Part shown: positions 1 through 10,231 of the stretch, piece after piece
Layout: the number at the start of each line of letters is the position of its first letter
Numbering within the stretch: position 1 is the stretch's first letter
Source: an uncultured bacterium
GTDB taxonomy: Bacteria > CSSED10-310 > CAZUFC01
Reading direction: 5' to 3'
Length of the DNA: 63,170 nucleotides
Assembly: GCA_964619725.1 (NCBI GenBank)
Contig: CAZUFC010000039.1
Coordinates: 1 to 63,170, forward strand
Translations under genes and position numbers: made by a program
Notes under the pieces: generated by a model
What the model saw: the letters and a program-made list of their open reading frames with translations, nothing else
The model's database searches: none
Told to the model about the DNA's origin: nothing

Positions 1-323
1 ATGCATTTCAATTTGAGCAACGCCGTTTTTGACCATTTCAACAACATTTATTGGTCCGATGTTTAATGTTGGGAAATAACTACGAGTAGTTATATTTGCA
101 ATTAACTCCCTCGCATAAGGAACTATGTGGGCCGTCGCATGAAATTCTCCGAATTCTTCCAACGACATGCCTTCATCTTCACTTTTTCCAAAATTGGCAT
201 CAAGAGTAAAATTAAAATCAATAGGAGGTTTATTTTTCTCCTCAATTTCACCAAATAAATCCATATGAAAAATCAGACGAAGAAATTGTTTATTTTAAAT
301 AAAGCGATTTCCTCCTGGCTCAT
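1..323 (-). pseudogene. SecB-like chaperone, frameshifted or internally deleted, 3' end beyond window start
   Basis: Not in the ORF track; translated by hand. GGAGG RBS then ATG at 323 gives MSQEEIALFKINNFFV* (TGA 275-273). Another frame is open from about 294 to base 1: LRLIFHMDLFGEIEE...HIVPYARELIANITTRSYFPTLNIGPINVVEM, matching the SecB C-terminal motif PYARE..S...R..FP.LNL.P.N. Confidence 0.65.
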
Positions 324-563
324 TCAAGACCCTCCAAAAGTAGAAAATTTGTTAACAAGCCTGGTCAAAATTGTCAAGAAAAAATCAAAACAGCTTCATT
401 TTTGCCGCTCCGAATTTATGATCAAAAAATTTAGTTCGTCGAACTTAAGCAAATATCTTGTATGCAGTATGTCCTTGTATAGCGCGGGCTTGTTCATCAC
501 TGAAAATTGAATCTGAAAGCGTGTTTACGGACGGTCATTCAAATCTGACTCATCTGCTTAAGC

Positions 564-3215
564 TCAACGTTTCATGTTTTTATTCAGGAAGCAGGAGGAA
601 GCGAATATCAGTAAAAAAATTCCGATGAAAGAGCAAGCCGGAATCTGTTTTTTTTCGCGTCCGCCCCAGATTTGGATATCGTCGATATTCCAGCCTGAGT
701 AGGGGAAGGCTTCGTCATCGCCAATTTCGTGAATCCATCGGATATAGACGCAGGGTTCGCGGTCGGCGACTGCAGAAATATCGTAGACCTGTTCGGTCCA
801 GGCATTTTCAGTGATATCATCGGGATGGAAGGGATTTCTCCATATGGAGAGCCAGTCGTAACCGTTGTTTGAGACGTCGATACCGTTAATGACGTATGGT
901 TGACAGTCGGTATTGAGGCGGCGTTGAAAATGGAGGGTTACGTTTCTAAGGTTGGAGCAATCGAGAGGGTCAGAGGTCAGGTAATAGGGGCAATTAACCT
1001 GCGTTTCGTAATCGCCTCTGAGATTTATGCCGTATACATTATATCCCGTAGCGCCTTCAGCGGGATCGGGGTATCCGTAGTGATCGCCTCCCTGGCCCTG
1101 GGGAACGCCGAATTCCCATTCGCCTTCGGTTTGCCATCCGGGATTCTCATCCAGGTTGAATTCATAGATCAATTCAGGGGTGCAAACGTCCAGGGTAACT
1201 TTCCGCGTTGTATCGCCGAGGTGTGAGGTAAGATTGACGAATTGGACGTCATCCTCATAAATGCCGTCCGGGAGATTTTGGGCATGGCTGTTGACGGAGA
1301 TAACGACTTGAACTGAGCCTGCGGGCGGGATAAGACCGCGATCTTCTATGACGTCAATCCATTCAGCATTTGAGATTAGGTCGTAGTTCAGCGGTTCGGG
1401 ACCGTTATTGGTCAGGGTATAGGTAATGGAGACGGGCGAAAAGGGACCTCCTTCAGGGCCTTCCGCATAGAAATTGGCTGGAGGGGACACTTTCATTCCG
1501 TCGTTGTCGACGACTCGCAACGAGGGGTCGCCGAACAGTATCCAGGAATAGAACATCACGATGCCGCCGCCGATGGGGTAGGGTTCGGGGTATTCGTGCA
1601 TCATAAGGCAGGAACCGGCGTAACAGAGTGCTCCGAAGGTCGAGTACATTCCGTTGACGAAAAGGTCTACGATTTCGTCCTGTGCGGCCATGGGCGGGTC
1701 CCAGTATTGGCCTCTGGAAGCGGCGTAGACGCCGATCGCGCCTGTCGGTTCATTCATATCCTGCGTGCGCATCCATACTTCTGCAAAGCAGGTATACTCA
1801 TCGAAGCGCCCGTTATGACAGGCGCAGGAAACGATAAAGGGCAATTCGTTATGGTTGGTCAATTCTTCAATGTCATAAATATTGAAGCCGGAAGTATTCC
1901 AGCCGGCCCAACCGCCGTGACCGCAGTAATTTATCAGTCCCCGTCCCGCGTTCAAACCGGCTGTGACCTCATCATCTGTCGCTTCCGGATCGTATATCTG
2001 ATCCACGACGGTATATCCGTGTTCGAGCAGATCGTCGCGAATATTATCGATATGCTCCCGGTCAAGTTCGCCGTCATCGCCGGGCCCCTCATCCGAACCA
2101 ATGCCCATCGCCCGCAGAAACCAGTCCGTGTCCCAGGCCGGCGTCTCTTCGTATTCGACGGTTCGCCGGACCTGGGTCACGACATCGGAATCCGATTCTG
2201 CAGAGAAACGTCCCACGATTATTTCAGGATAACTGTCGTCGCCTGCGAGTAAAGAATACAGAGGATCGGCGGCGTAGGTTCCGTAATAGGGCACGGCGAC
2301 ATGATCTACGTCGCCGACGAGCAGAACATAAGCGAGTCTTTCTCCGGGCGCTTCGTAGACGGATTGAATGTAATCTTTTATATAGCCGGCATCGTTTCCT
2401 ATTTCAGAAATGCCGGTTATCGTTGTAGTAATGCCCAGGCCGTTTTTATGATCAATCAGAGGTTGCATCTCGTCCTGCCACTCATCGTAAGCGATAATCA
2501 GCATTTTGCCTTCTTCGATCAACGGTTCATAAGAAGTATCCAGACCGTAATTAATAAAAAGCGACCTGTAAATATCTCGGAAGGAGCGATTGACGGACAC
2601 CGGAATATCTTTTCGCTCCATAACGTTAACTGTACTTGGTCCAGCTGTTTTGACTTCCACAGACATTTCCGTATAAATCCTCAAAACTCTTTTGACAGGA
2701 TTATACTGGAATGAATTTACCGTCGCCGTAATGCCTCGATGATCGCGTATAATAAAAGGTTTACTTAATTCCGCGAGTTTATCCGGGTAAAACGCGTCTA
2801 TGTCGTATACTGATCCGAAAGTATAAGGAACATCCGCGGGATTTGTTTCGCGCAAAATGTAACCTCGTGATGGGACGATATCGATTCCTTCCAGTTCATA
2901 AAAGGAACTTTCGATGACCCTGATCTCCATACGCCTTTCATCCGGCACGATCAAGCTTCGTGATACGTCGGGAAGCGCCGGAACCCCGACTTCCTTTTTC
3001 AGACTTTCTTTTCCAAGGAGTATCTGCGAAAATTCACGCCCGTCTATTTCGATTGTTCGGCGTTGAAATTCCTGGAAACGATAGTCGATGACTATGCGAT
3101 CACGCGTATTCTTCAGTACTGCTGTCTCAACGGCAGCTCTTGCAAATGCCGCTTGTGAAAAAAGAAGAGTGAGCGCTCCGATAATCGAAATGAACCGCTT
3201 GTTCATGCAGGACAT
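564..3215 (-). CDS. Gingipain-like C25 cysteine peptidase (propeptide, catalytic domain, BACON-like Ig domain, beta-sandwich domain, C-terminal TM tail)
   Basis: Signal peptide; propeptide motifs (P.LP, PSRG, FQYNPV); YVLLVGD, VGRFSAES, catalytic NYCGHG and SCACHNG, LFGDPSL; ends QIPACSFIGIFLLIFASSCFLNKNMKR. Confidence 0.9.
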   Translation of the reverse strand: MSCMNKRFISIIGALTLLFSQAAFARAAVETAVLKNTRDRIVIDYRFQEFQRRTIEIDGREFSQILLGKESLKKEVGVPALPDVSRSLIVPDERRMEIRVIESSFYELEGIDIVPSRGYILRETNPADVPYTFGSVYDIDAFYPDKLAELSKPFIIRDHRGITATVNSFQYNPVKRVLRIYTEMSVEVKTAGPSTVNVMERKDIPVSVNRSFRDIYRSLFINYGLDTSYEPLIEEGKMLIIAYDEWQDEMQPLIDHKNGLGITTTITGISEIGNDAGYIKDYIQSVYEAPGERLAYVLLVGDVDHVAVPYYGTYAADPLYSLLAGDDSYPEIIVGRFSAESDSDVVTQVRRTVEYEETPAWDTDWFLRAMGIGSDEGPGDDGELDREHIDNIRDDLLEHGYTVVDQIYDPEATDDEVTAGLNAGRGLINYCGHGGWAGWNTSGFNIYDIEELTNHNELPFIVSCACHNGRFDEYTCFAEVWMRTQDMNEPTGAIGVYAASRGQYWDPPMAAQDEIVDLFVNGMYSTFGALCYAGSCLMMHEYPEPYPIGGGIVMFYSWILFGDPSLRVVDNDGMKVSPPANFYAEGPEGGPFSPVSITYTLTNNGPEPLNYDLISNAEWIDVIEDRGLIPPAGSVQVVISVNSHAQNLPDGIYEDDVQFVNLTSHLGDTTRKVTLDVCTPELIYEFNLDENPGWQTEGEWEFGVPQGQGGDHYGYPDPAEGATGYNVYGINLRGDYETQVNCPYYLTSDPLDCSNLRNVTLHFQRRLNTDCQPYVINGIDVSNNGYDWLSIWRNPFHPDDITENAWTEQVYDISAVADREPCVYIRWIHEIGDDEAFPYSGWNIDDIQIWGGREKKQIPACSFIGIFLLIFASSCFLNKNMKR

Positions 3216-3307
3216 CCTTTCAAACGCCGGCGTTAATCAAAATAACGCATTCCGAGAACAGTATAATGAACGCGAGGAGTAAAAACCAGATAAGGTTATA
3301 ATTATCT

Positions 3308-3465
3308 AACGCCTGTCCGCAAACGGACGATAGCCCTCAATGCTGCATCAGGCTGCGGATTTCTCAGTCAAGGTATAGTCAATTCGCTTACGCCAAGGCT
3401 TCAGCGGGACAGCTTATGCCTCCTTCGCAAATCCTTGCCTTCCTTGACTTAAGAAAAATTCGCCG
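3308..3465. repeat. Degenerate copy of palindromic element family A with a short REP-like insert
   Basis: Starts AACGCCTGTCCGCAAACGG; contains CGGATTTCTCAGTCAAGGTATA and GCAAATCCTTGCCTTCCTTGACTTAAGAAAAATTCG, aligning with 59942-60017; extra CTTACGCCAAGGCTTCAGCGGGACAG in the middle. Confidence 0.65.
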
Positions 3466-3804
3466 CTGAGCAAAAATGACCTTTTAGAGGCAACAAAGAT
3501 ACACCAGTATTGACTAAGGCATAAATGAGGTTGCAGTTGTATAACCGATCGAAAAGCTCCCGTTACAAAGGCTTCGTATATCCGATAAGCGTCAGCCGGT
3601 CATCGAATCTTTATGCTGTCAGTTTTTCGGCTGTTTTCTTCAATCCTTTTGCGCATTCCTTTCCTGTTCTGATTTTTCCGTTGGACAGGTCGGTGAATTT
3701 CATCCAGTCAAAGGCTTCCATTCGGCGTTTGCTTATTCGGTCGAATTTACGTTTTTGGCCTTGGATTTGACCTTGATCGTCGCTTAACCCTTTTAGATAC
3801 GAAG

Positions 3805-3829
3805 GCAGGCTGGAAGCCTGCGGTCCCAG
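3805..3829. repeat. Short REP-like hairpin GCAGGCTGGAAGCCTGCGGTCCCAG
   Basis: GCAGGCT/AGCCTGC stem with GGA loop downstream of the glycosyltransferase operon; single copy in the window. Confidence 0.45.
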
Positions 3830-3901
3830 TATTGCATCATGCGTCCTGGTCTGGTTTCATGCTGGGCGCTTTTAATGCCCTTTAGCGGATGCTGAATTAA
3901 T

Positions 3902-6604
3902 TCACATAGTTGCGCCTTTTAGGGCTATGCCCAGTTTTCTTAAATCGCCTGTGCGGTGGGTCAGGTCAGGTATCCAGGGGGAGCATTCCAGTTCCAGGAG
4001 GAGGAAGTCGCCGCAGGAGAAGGCGGGAAGATTCAGATTGATCTCAACCCATGAGGGTTCCGGCGTGCCTTCATATACGTTTATACCCCGGACGGAGCAT
4101 TTAAGAGGTTCTTTTAGCGGATTGTTCTGAACGGACAGAGTTACGGAGGATTCAGCGGCTGGATTGGGCAGCAGGAGAGCTGCGACCGGTGAAGACCACC
4201 GGACTAGCATGAGACTGCTGGAGTTATTTTCGGCGGGCCATTCTTCCAGTGAATGCCATCCGTATACGAAGCGTGTATGATCGTCCATTTGGAGCTGGAA
4301 ACTGTTTTGACGTGGGCGAAGTTTTTCCAGGCTGCGCATGGCTTTTTCAGATATGGCGTTCCAGTCGAAATGATTTTTGACGTATTCTCTGGCGGCGCTT
4401 CCGAGGTTTTGACGTTTTTCTTCATTTTCAGCGAGCGAAATTATTTCAGATGTGAATAGTTCGGCTTCTCTGACCAGGAGGTGTTCGTCCTCGACTGCGG
4501 AGACTCCCCGACAGCCCAGGCTGGTCGTAATGACAGGCAGACCTGCGGCCATATATTCGAATAATTTCAGGTTTGTGCCGCTTCCGTGAAACATGGGATT
4601 CAATGCCATATCCGCCGCATCCAGGATCACCTTCTTGTCTTCTGCAGAAACGACTCCTCTCATGCGTATATTCTCCGGCATGTCGAGGTTGCCTCGCCTG
4701 GCTTCATACTGGTCTTTCACGCTGCCGATTATCTGGTATTCTATGTTGGGAGTTTTAGGGGCGATTTTTTTCTGAATGAATTCCAGGGCTTCCAGGTTGG
4801 GCGGATGCCAGGAGCCGATGAAAACGGCGATAGTTTTTTTGCCTGAGGTCAGTTTTTTTCTGGCTTTACGCCTTTGTTCCCCGTTTTCAGGAGGCATTAT
4901 GGATTCGGTATCGACTCCGTTAGGAACGGCCAGACTCGGCGTTTCCGCTTTATAGAAACTTTTCAGTTGTTCGGCTTCTGTTTCCGATGTGGCCCAGAGC
5001 AATTCCGATTCTGCAACAGCTTGCTTTTCGATTTTATAGAGTTGTTTGAGAAGCTTTTTGCCTTTTTTGCCGGCAGAGAGCATTTCTTTTTTAAGTTCAT
5101 ACTCGAAATTGTGCGAATCATGTACGATATGATGCTGTGATTGACCTGTTTTAATAAGCGGAAAGAAATAGGGGTGGGAAGCGATGATGACGTCTGAAAC
5201 TTTTGAAAGGCGCTCATAGACTCTGGCGAAATTGGGCGAGAGGTGCAGCAGGCCGGGAGCAGCGACGTCTGAAACGGCTTCACCGACGGCTTTTTCCAGT
5301 TCCCATTGATTTCTGGCGTGCGGGGGTGTAGGAGGAATAACGACTTCGCGGAGCTGAGGAGCGAGTTCATTGATTTCCTGATTTTCCCCGAATTTTCCGA
5401 GCGCCAGCAACCAGACGTCGTACCAGCGTGCGAGTTTACGGTATAATTCGTAGACCCTGACCTGGCCGCCGCCTTGAGGGTTTTTACTGGAATAAGGAAC
5501 CAGGACGAGCAGTCGCCGGAAAGGCGATTCGATACCGGGGAGTTTTTCTTCGGGCAGCCCGTAATTTTTCAAGAGCCGGGTAACCGCGCTTTTCCAGTTG
5601 ATATGCTGGACTTTTTGATAAGCCTCTTTTCCCATTACTTCGGCAAGCGAGCGATTTTTGACGAGTCTGGTGATTTTTTCAGCGAGGTCTCTGACGTCAG
5701 GAGCGGCAACCAGGCCGGAAGCTCCATGCTCAACAAAATCCAAAGGACCACCAGAATCGATCATGGTGATTACCGGTTTCGAGCATTTCATGGCTTCGAC
5801 GGCCACGTATCCGTAGTCTTCCTGAAGAGGTATAAAAACGACGGCGAGTGCATCGGCGTAATACTCGATCAGTTCTTCATCGGAAACGGCTCCTGTAAAA
5901 CGTATCCGGGTATCGCCCGCGGCCAGGGAACGGAGATGGTCTTCCAGAGGACCGGAGCCTGCAATTATAAGAGAGATGTCTTCATTGATCAGTTGCATGG
6001 CCTGGATTATCCAATCGATTCTTTTCGGGCCGTCGAGGCGGCTGACTGTAAGAAGATGCTTGAATTCGCCGGGGCGGAAATTCGTCAGAAGAGGCGGCGG
6101 ATGAATGACTTCGACGGCAACGTCGGCCGGAAAGTAACCCGGACGGTCTCGAACAGCTCCTGATATTGAAAAATAATGACTGATGCGCGACGGAGACAAC
6201 GCGTAATCGTCCAAAAAGTGAATGATCTTTTTGATCATACCGCCGGGAAAACGGAAAGGATTCATCCGATTCATAAAACCGGAAACCGGCTCCCTGGCTG
6301 TTTCGTAAGTATCATATAATCCTCTCAACCGGTGCGCCATGTAAACGACCTGGTCCGGATGCGAGGTCATCCAGGTTGGATACTTCATGTGAATCAGCAG
6401 ATCGAAATGATCCAGCTTTAAACGATGAAAACGCCAATAGGCGGCGAGAAGCCTGAAAAAATTATCTTCACGAATCGGCAGTTTTATCAGTTCAGCGGAA
6501 TGTTGCGTATGATTGTTGACGGCGTTGACCAGACCCAGCGAAAGATTCTCTATACCGCCCCTGACGAAAGGTATGGGGCTGGGCGCTATCACGGCTATCT
6601 TCAT
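3902..6604 (-). CDS. Tandem GT4 (GT-B) glycosyltransferase with C-terminal accessory domain
   Basis: Two GT4 modules: VSRLDGPKR...EDYGYVAVEAM and GSWHPPN...GSGTNLKLFEYMAAGLPVITT; C-terminal GWH..E..RWS...DLRKLG domain. Confidence 0.9.
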   Translation of the reverse strand: MKIAVIAPSPIPFVRGGIENLSLGLVNAVNNHTQHSAELIKLPIREDNFFRLLAAYWRFHRLKLDHFDLLIHMKYPTWMTSHPDQVVYMAHRLRGLYDTYETAREPVSGFMNRMNPFRFPGGMIKKIIHFLDDYALSPSRISHYFSISGAVRDRPGYFPADVAVEVIHPPPLLTNFRPGEFKHLLTVSRLDGPKRIDWIIQAMQLINEDISLIIAGSGPLEDHLRSLAAGDTRIRFTGAVSDEELIEYYADALAVVFIPLQEDYGYVAVEAMKCSKPVITMIDSGGPLDFVEHGASGLVAAPDVRDLAEKITRLVKNRSLAEVMGKEAYQKVQHINWKSAVTRLLKNYGLPEEKLPGIESPFRRLLVLVPYSSKNPQGGGQVRVYELYRKLARWYDVWLLALGKFGENQEINELAPQLREVVIPPTPPHARNQWELEKAVGEAVSDVAAPGLLHLSPNFARVYERLSKVSDVIIASHPYFFPLIKTGQSQHHIVHDSHNFEYELKKEMLSAGKKGKKLLKQLYKIEKQAVAESELLWATSETEAEQLKSFYKAETPSLAVPNGVDTESIMPPENGEQRRKARKKLTSGKKTIAVFIGSWHPPNLEALEFIQKKIAPKTPNIEYQIIGSVKDQYEARRGNLDMPENIRMRGVVSAEDKKVILDAADMALNPMFHGSGTNLKLFEYMAAGLPVITTSLGCRGVSAVEDEHLLVREAELFTSEIISLAENEEKRQNLGSAAREYVKNHFDWNAISEKAMRSLEKLRPRQNSFQLQMDDHTRFVYGWHSLEEWPAENNSSSLMLVRWSSPVAALLLPNPAAESSVTLSVQNNPLKEPLKCSVRGINVYEGTPEPSWVEINLNLPAFSCGDFLLLELECSPWIPDLTHRTGDLRKLGIALKGATM

Positions 6605-6608
6605 GACT

Positions 6609-7973
6609 TCACGCGCCTCTTGACGTTTGCTCCCGATTATTCATTTTGATGTCGCCTTCAAACCGCCAATCATGTTCGGGACGAAAGATACCGTAATCCT
6701 TTATTCGAGACCTGATGCCGAGATGATACATTCGACTCAGGTAGTCAAAAGGCTGTCCCTTTTTATGATGAACGGCGACGTCGAGGAAATAGGTGCCCTC
6801 GACCAGGTTCAATGAACTGAAAGAAATCGATACTTTACCTTTGCCGCACAAGTGTTCGATTTTATATTTTTCAATGGCTGTGTTCGTGCCGAAAACCCAT
6901 ATGTCGTTAACGGTGAAGAGACCTATGCCGAATACGGGTTCTTTGACTTTTTTTTCTGCTTCAAAATGAATTTCTATCCTGACCTTTTCTCCTGACTGGA
7001 ACAGATAGGTTTCCGTGTTGTTTTCGTTATAGATTTTCACTTTATTGATCTTAATTTCTTTTGATCCCCACCGTTTTTTATGTACGGAAGAAACTCCGAT
7101 GTCCCCGCATGCCGCCGCCTTTTCGGTATTTTCCGGGACATGATTTTCCTGCTCGTCAAGTTCCAGGCATCCTTCGTCGATGGCTTTCTGCATGGCATCG
7201 TGATGAGACGCGTATAGTATTTTTTCTTTTTCCGCCACCCACATAAGATATTGATCGATGACTTCTCTGGGTCTGCCTGATGCAGTAATTTTACCGCCGC
7301 TCAGCAATACGGCGTCGTCGCAGAGTTTTTCGACCGAGCCCAGATTATGGGAGACCAGGATGATGGTTTTTTTCTTGCGCTTGAATTCGAAGATTTTATC
7401 AATGCATTTGTGGATGAAAGCTTCGTCTCCAACGGCGATGACTTCGTCGACGAGCAAAACATCCGGATTGATGTGAACGGCGATGGAGAAGCCGAGTCTC
7501 AAAGCCATACCGGAAGAGTATGTTTTAACGGGATTATCGATAAAATCCTCCAGTTCGGAGAACCTGATGATTTCATCATATTTTTCTTTGATTTCAGCCT
7601 TTGACAATCCCAACATAATACCGTTGATGAACACGTTTTCTCTGCCGCTGATTTCGGGATGGAATCCGGCGCCGAGTTCGATCAGGGCGGAGAGTTTTCC
7701 GTCGACAGCGACTGAACCGCGGGTGGGTTTAATCAGTCCCGCAATAATCCGAAGCAGCGTACTCTTGCCCGAACCGTTGCTGCCGATGACCCCGAAAGTC
7801 GTTCCCCTGGGAGCTTCGAAGCTGATGTCTTCCAGCGCTTTCAGCCATTGGTTCTTGTCCCTGTTCCATATATCCTGAGTGAAAAGACTCTTTAACGTTA
7901 AAACTCTGGTTTTAAGAGGGTTCTTTTTGAACCATTTCGTTACCGAGTCAACTTTTACTGCGATATCAGTCAT
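6609..7973 (-). CDS. wzt: Polysaccharide ABC exporter ATP-binding subunit with Wzt C-terminal carbohydrate-binding domain
   Basis: Walker A GSNGSGKST, ELGAGFHPEISGREN, YSSGM, LLVDEVIAVGD; C-terminal RWGS..I...FGTNT...GTYFLDVAVH. Confidence 0.93.
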   Translation of the reverse strand: MTDIAVKVDSVTKWFKKNPLKTRVLTLKSLFTQDIWNRDKNQWLKALEDISFEAPRGTTFGVIGSNGSGKSTLLRIIAGLIKPTRGSVAVDGKLSALIELGAGFHPEISGRENVFINGIMLGLSKAEIKEKYDEIIRFSELEDFIDNPVKTYSSGMALRLGFSIAVHINPDVLLVDEVIAVGDEAFIHKCIDKIFEFKRKKKTIILVSHNLGSVEKLCDDAVLLSGGKITASGRPREVIDQYLMWVAEKEKILYASHHDAMQKAIDEGCLELDEQENHVPENTEKAAACGDIGVSSVHKKRWGSKEIKINKVKIYNENNTETYLFQSGEKVRIEIHFEAEKKVKEPVFGIGLFTVNDIWVFGTNTAIEKYKIEHLCGKGKVSISFSSLNLVEGTYFLDVAVHHKKGQPFDYLSRMYHLGIRSRIKDYGIFRPEHDWRFEGDIKMNNREQTSRGA

Positions 7974-8030
7974 TTTTCCTGTTCATCCTTTAGCAGCGTT
8001 ATGCATTGCTGCAGAGGGCGATTTATTCCG

Positions 8031-9416
8031 TCAATCGAGATTCAGTTCCCTGAGTTTTTTGCCCATGATATTCAAGTAATCCTCACCGGCTCTGTCGATG
8101 CCCAGATCATGGATTTCCTTCGCTAAACTTGTATTAACGCCTTTTTTTATATCTTGCAGATGCGGGGGAAGTTCCGACTGATCCTCTACTGAAAGATTAT
8201 ACGGCCGACAGGGTATTTCCATCGCCTCTTTGATCAGGTCCATGAGACGGTCTCTATACATCTCGGGATAGTGTTCATTTTCAACATATTCCCTGGCGTT
8301 TCGACCGATTTTTTTTATGCGGTCCGGACTACGGCGCAGGGAAAGGATCGTATTCACAATCTGGTCGATTTCGGCGGGACCGGGTTTGATCTTCAAGCAT
8401 GCCGAATTGGGAATATCCCTGTTCTGCAGAAGATCATAGGTCATAACGCATTTGCCGGCGCCCATCGACTGCAGCAGGACGGCTGAAGTCTCGCGTCCTG
8501 TCGGAAATCGGAAATTAAATATAATGTCTCCAGCCTGCATGACGGATTTAAACGTAGCGTCAGGCACATAACCCATTACCCTGACCCATGGTGATAAATT
8601 GTATTCGTTGATTTTATCTTCGAGATCATAGGAAGGTGAAGGTTGACCCGCCAGCAGACACAGGAATTTGAAATCTTCCTGTTTCAGCCTTTGCAGCGCC
8701 TTAAAAACGGTCTCTGTTCCACGAGCAAGAGTCAGTAACCCGGGGAAAACGAATACCATGTCGTAACCGGCAAGATCGAGCTGTTTTCTGGCCTGTTCAA
8801 CAGCCTGTTCACTGCAGTCTTCCGATTTGACGGGCATAGGCAGTCGTCTCACGAGCAAACTGGGATACTCCGTTTTTAGTTTATCCTCAAGGTAACGGCT
8901 GTGAACGGCTGCAGCTCGTGAATTATCCAGGACCGTCTTCCTCATGGGAAAGAAATTATACATCAGTTCCGACGGCCGACCCTCCAGCACTTGATGACTC
9001 ATGCGTCTTCCCCTTTCTCCATGGCAGTATTCAGCTTCCGCTTTGTAATCTTCGATTCGCCCTTTATTAAGAAGATAAAGTCCCCGAGATTGATGGAGAC
9101 AGCCGTCGTGCAGGACTGTAAGCCCCGGATACCGGAAAATGAATCCATACATATATCCGTGACAGGCTTCGTTTCCCATTTGATATACGTTCAAATCGTA
9201 AGCGCTTTTGAGGTTCTCCCAAAAAAATCGATCATACCTTCTTATGGAGATGCCGCCGGGTAAATTTCGAATATCCGGCTCATATCCCCGGTTAATATAA
9301 ACATCCACGTCAAAATGACCGTGCAGCAGGTTCAGACTAATCTCCGAGTATTCAGCCACTCCCGTCTTCAACGGCCGTAAAGGACTGAAATATGCCAAAC
9401 GGCGCGCTCCCGTCAT
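8031..9416 (-). CDS. GT4-family glycosyltransferase
   Basis: YFSPLRP.KTGVAEYS, YQMGN..HGYM, VLHD, FRFPTGRETSAVLLQSMGAGK; start overlaps the wzm stop. Confidence 0.88.
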   Translation of the reverse strand: MTGARRLAYFSPLRPLKTGVAEYSEISLNLLHGHFDVDVYINRGYEPDIRNLPGGISIRRYDRFFWENLKSAYDLNVYQMGNEACHGYMYGFIFRYPGLTVLHDGCLHQSRGLYLLNKGRIEDYKAEAEYCHGERGRRMSHQVLEGRPSELMYNFFPMRKTVLDNSRAAAVHSRYLEDKLKTEYPSLLVRRLPMPVKSEDCSEQAVEQARKQLDLAGYDMVFVFPGLLTLARGTETVFKALQRLKQEDFKFLCLLAGQPSPSYDLEDKINEYNLSPWVRVMGYVPDATFKSVMQAGDIIFNFRFPTGRETSAVLLQSMGAGKCVMTYDLLQNRDIPNSACLKIKPGPAEIDQIVNTILSLRRSPDRIKKIGRNAREYVENEHYPEMYRDRLMDLIKEAMEIPCRPYNLSVEDQSELPPHLQDIKKGVNTSLAKEIHDLGIDRAGEDYLNIMGKKLRELNLD

Positions 9417-10231
9417 ATCGCCTCCGACAACGATGAACGAAAGTGATTGAAAATCGCATATCCCCCGAAAAATACGAATATCGATATCAGCGCAATTATT
9501 CCCAGATGCCGCCAGTTCAAAGCCCGGTCAGCATAAAAAAACATGTTGTGATACGCGGTCATGAAATAAGTCATCGGATTGAAAAAAAAGGTCGCCAGGT
9601 ATTTTGAACCCATCTGGGTCGACGTTACCTGGTCCAGGGAATATATGATCGGACTGATGAAAAACCACAGGGTCATAAGATTGCCCAGTATCTGCTGAAT
9701 GTCTCTGTAAAATACCGCCAGCGCTGATAATCCGAATACCAGTCCAAGCGTGAACAGCAACTGGATCAACAGGATCAAAGGTAATGCCGCCGCATTCCAC
9801 CCGATGGATAAATCCGCCATAAGCACAAATATGATCAATATCGGCAATCCCAATATGAAATGAACAAGGTTCGATATCACCACTACCGTCGGCAATACTT
9901 CCGCAGGAAAAAGCACCTTCTTTACCAGATTGCTCCCTGTGATGATCGAATTCGTTCCTTCCAGCATAGAGGAGCTGAACCACAGCCAGGGCAGAAGACC
10001 GCAAAATAAAAATACATGGTAGTTTTCCATCCCGAACCGCAGGTAAACGCTGAATACCAGCGTGTAAACCAGCATTAGCAGCAGCGGATTCAGAAAGGAC
10101 CACAAAAAACCCAGAAAAGAACCGCGATAACGGGCTTTCAGTTCACGAGCCACCAGACTCTGAATCAACAATCGATGTCGCACCAGCTCGGCCAGCCTTG
10201 CGAATAATTCTTTGAAGCTTCTTTTTTTCAT
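9413..10231 (-). CDS. wzm: Polysaccharide ABC exporter permease
   Basis: RELKARYRGSFLGFLWSFLNPL, LVKKVLFP, RDIQQI, PIIY, NPM; about six hydrophobic segments. Confidence 0.93.
   Translation of the reverse strand: MKKRSFKELFARLAELVRHRLLIQSLVARELKARYRGSFLGFLWSFLNPLLLMLVYTLVFSVYLRFGMENYHVFLFCGLLPWLWFSSSMLEGTNSIITGSNLVKKVLFPAEVLPTVVVISNLVHFILGLPILIIFVLMADLSIGWNAAALPLILLIQLLFTLGLVFGLSALAVFYRDIQQILGNLMTLWFFISPIIYSLDQVTSTQMGSKYLATFFFNPMTYFMTAYHNMFFYADRALNWRHLGIIALISIFVFFGGYAIFNHFRSSLSEAI

Noticed and set aside
3611-3721. 36-codon minus-strand ORF MEAFDWMKFTDLSNGK...
   Set aside because: Too short, no clear RBS, only a faint resemblance to HEPN-protein N-termini.
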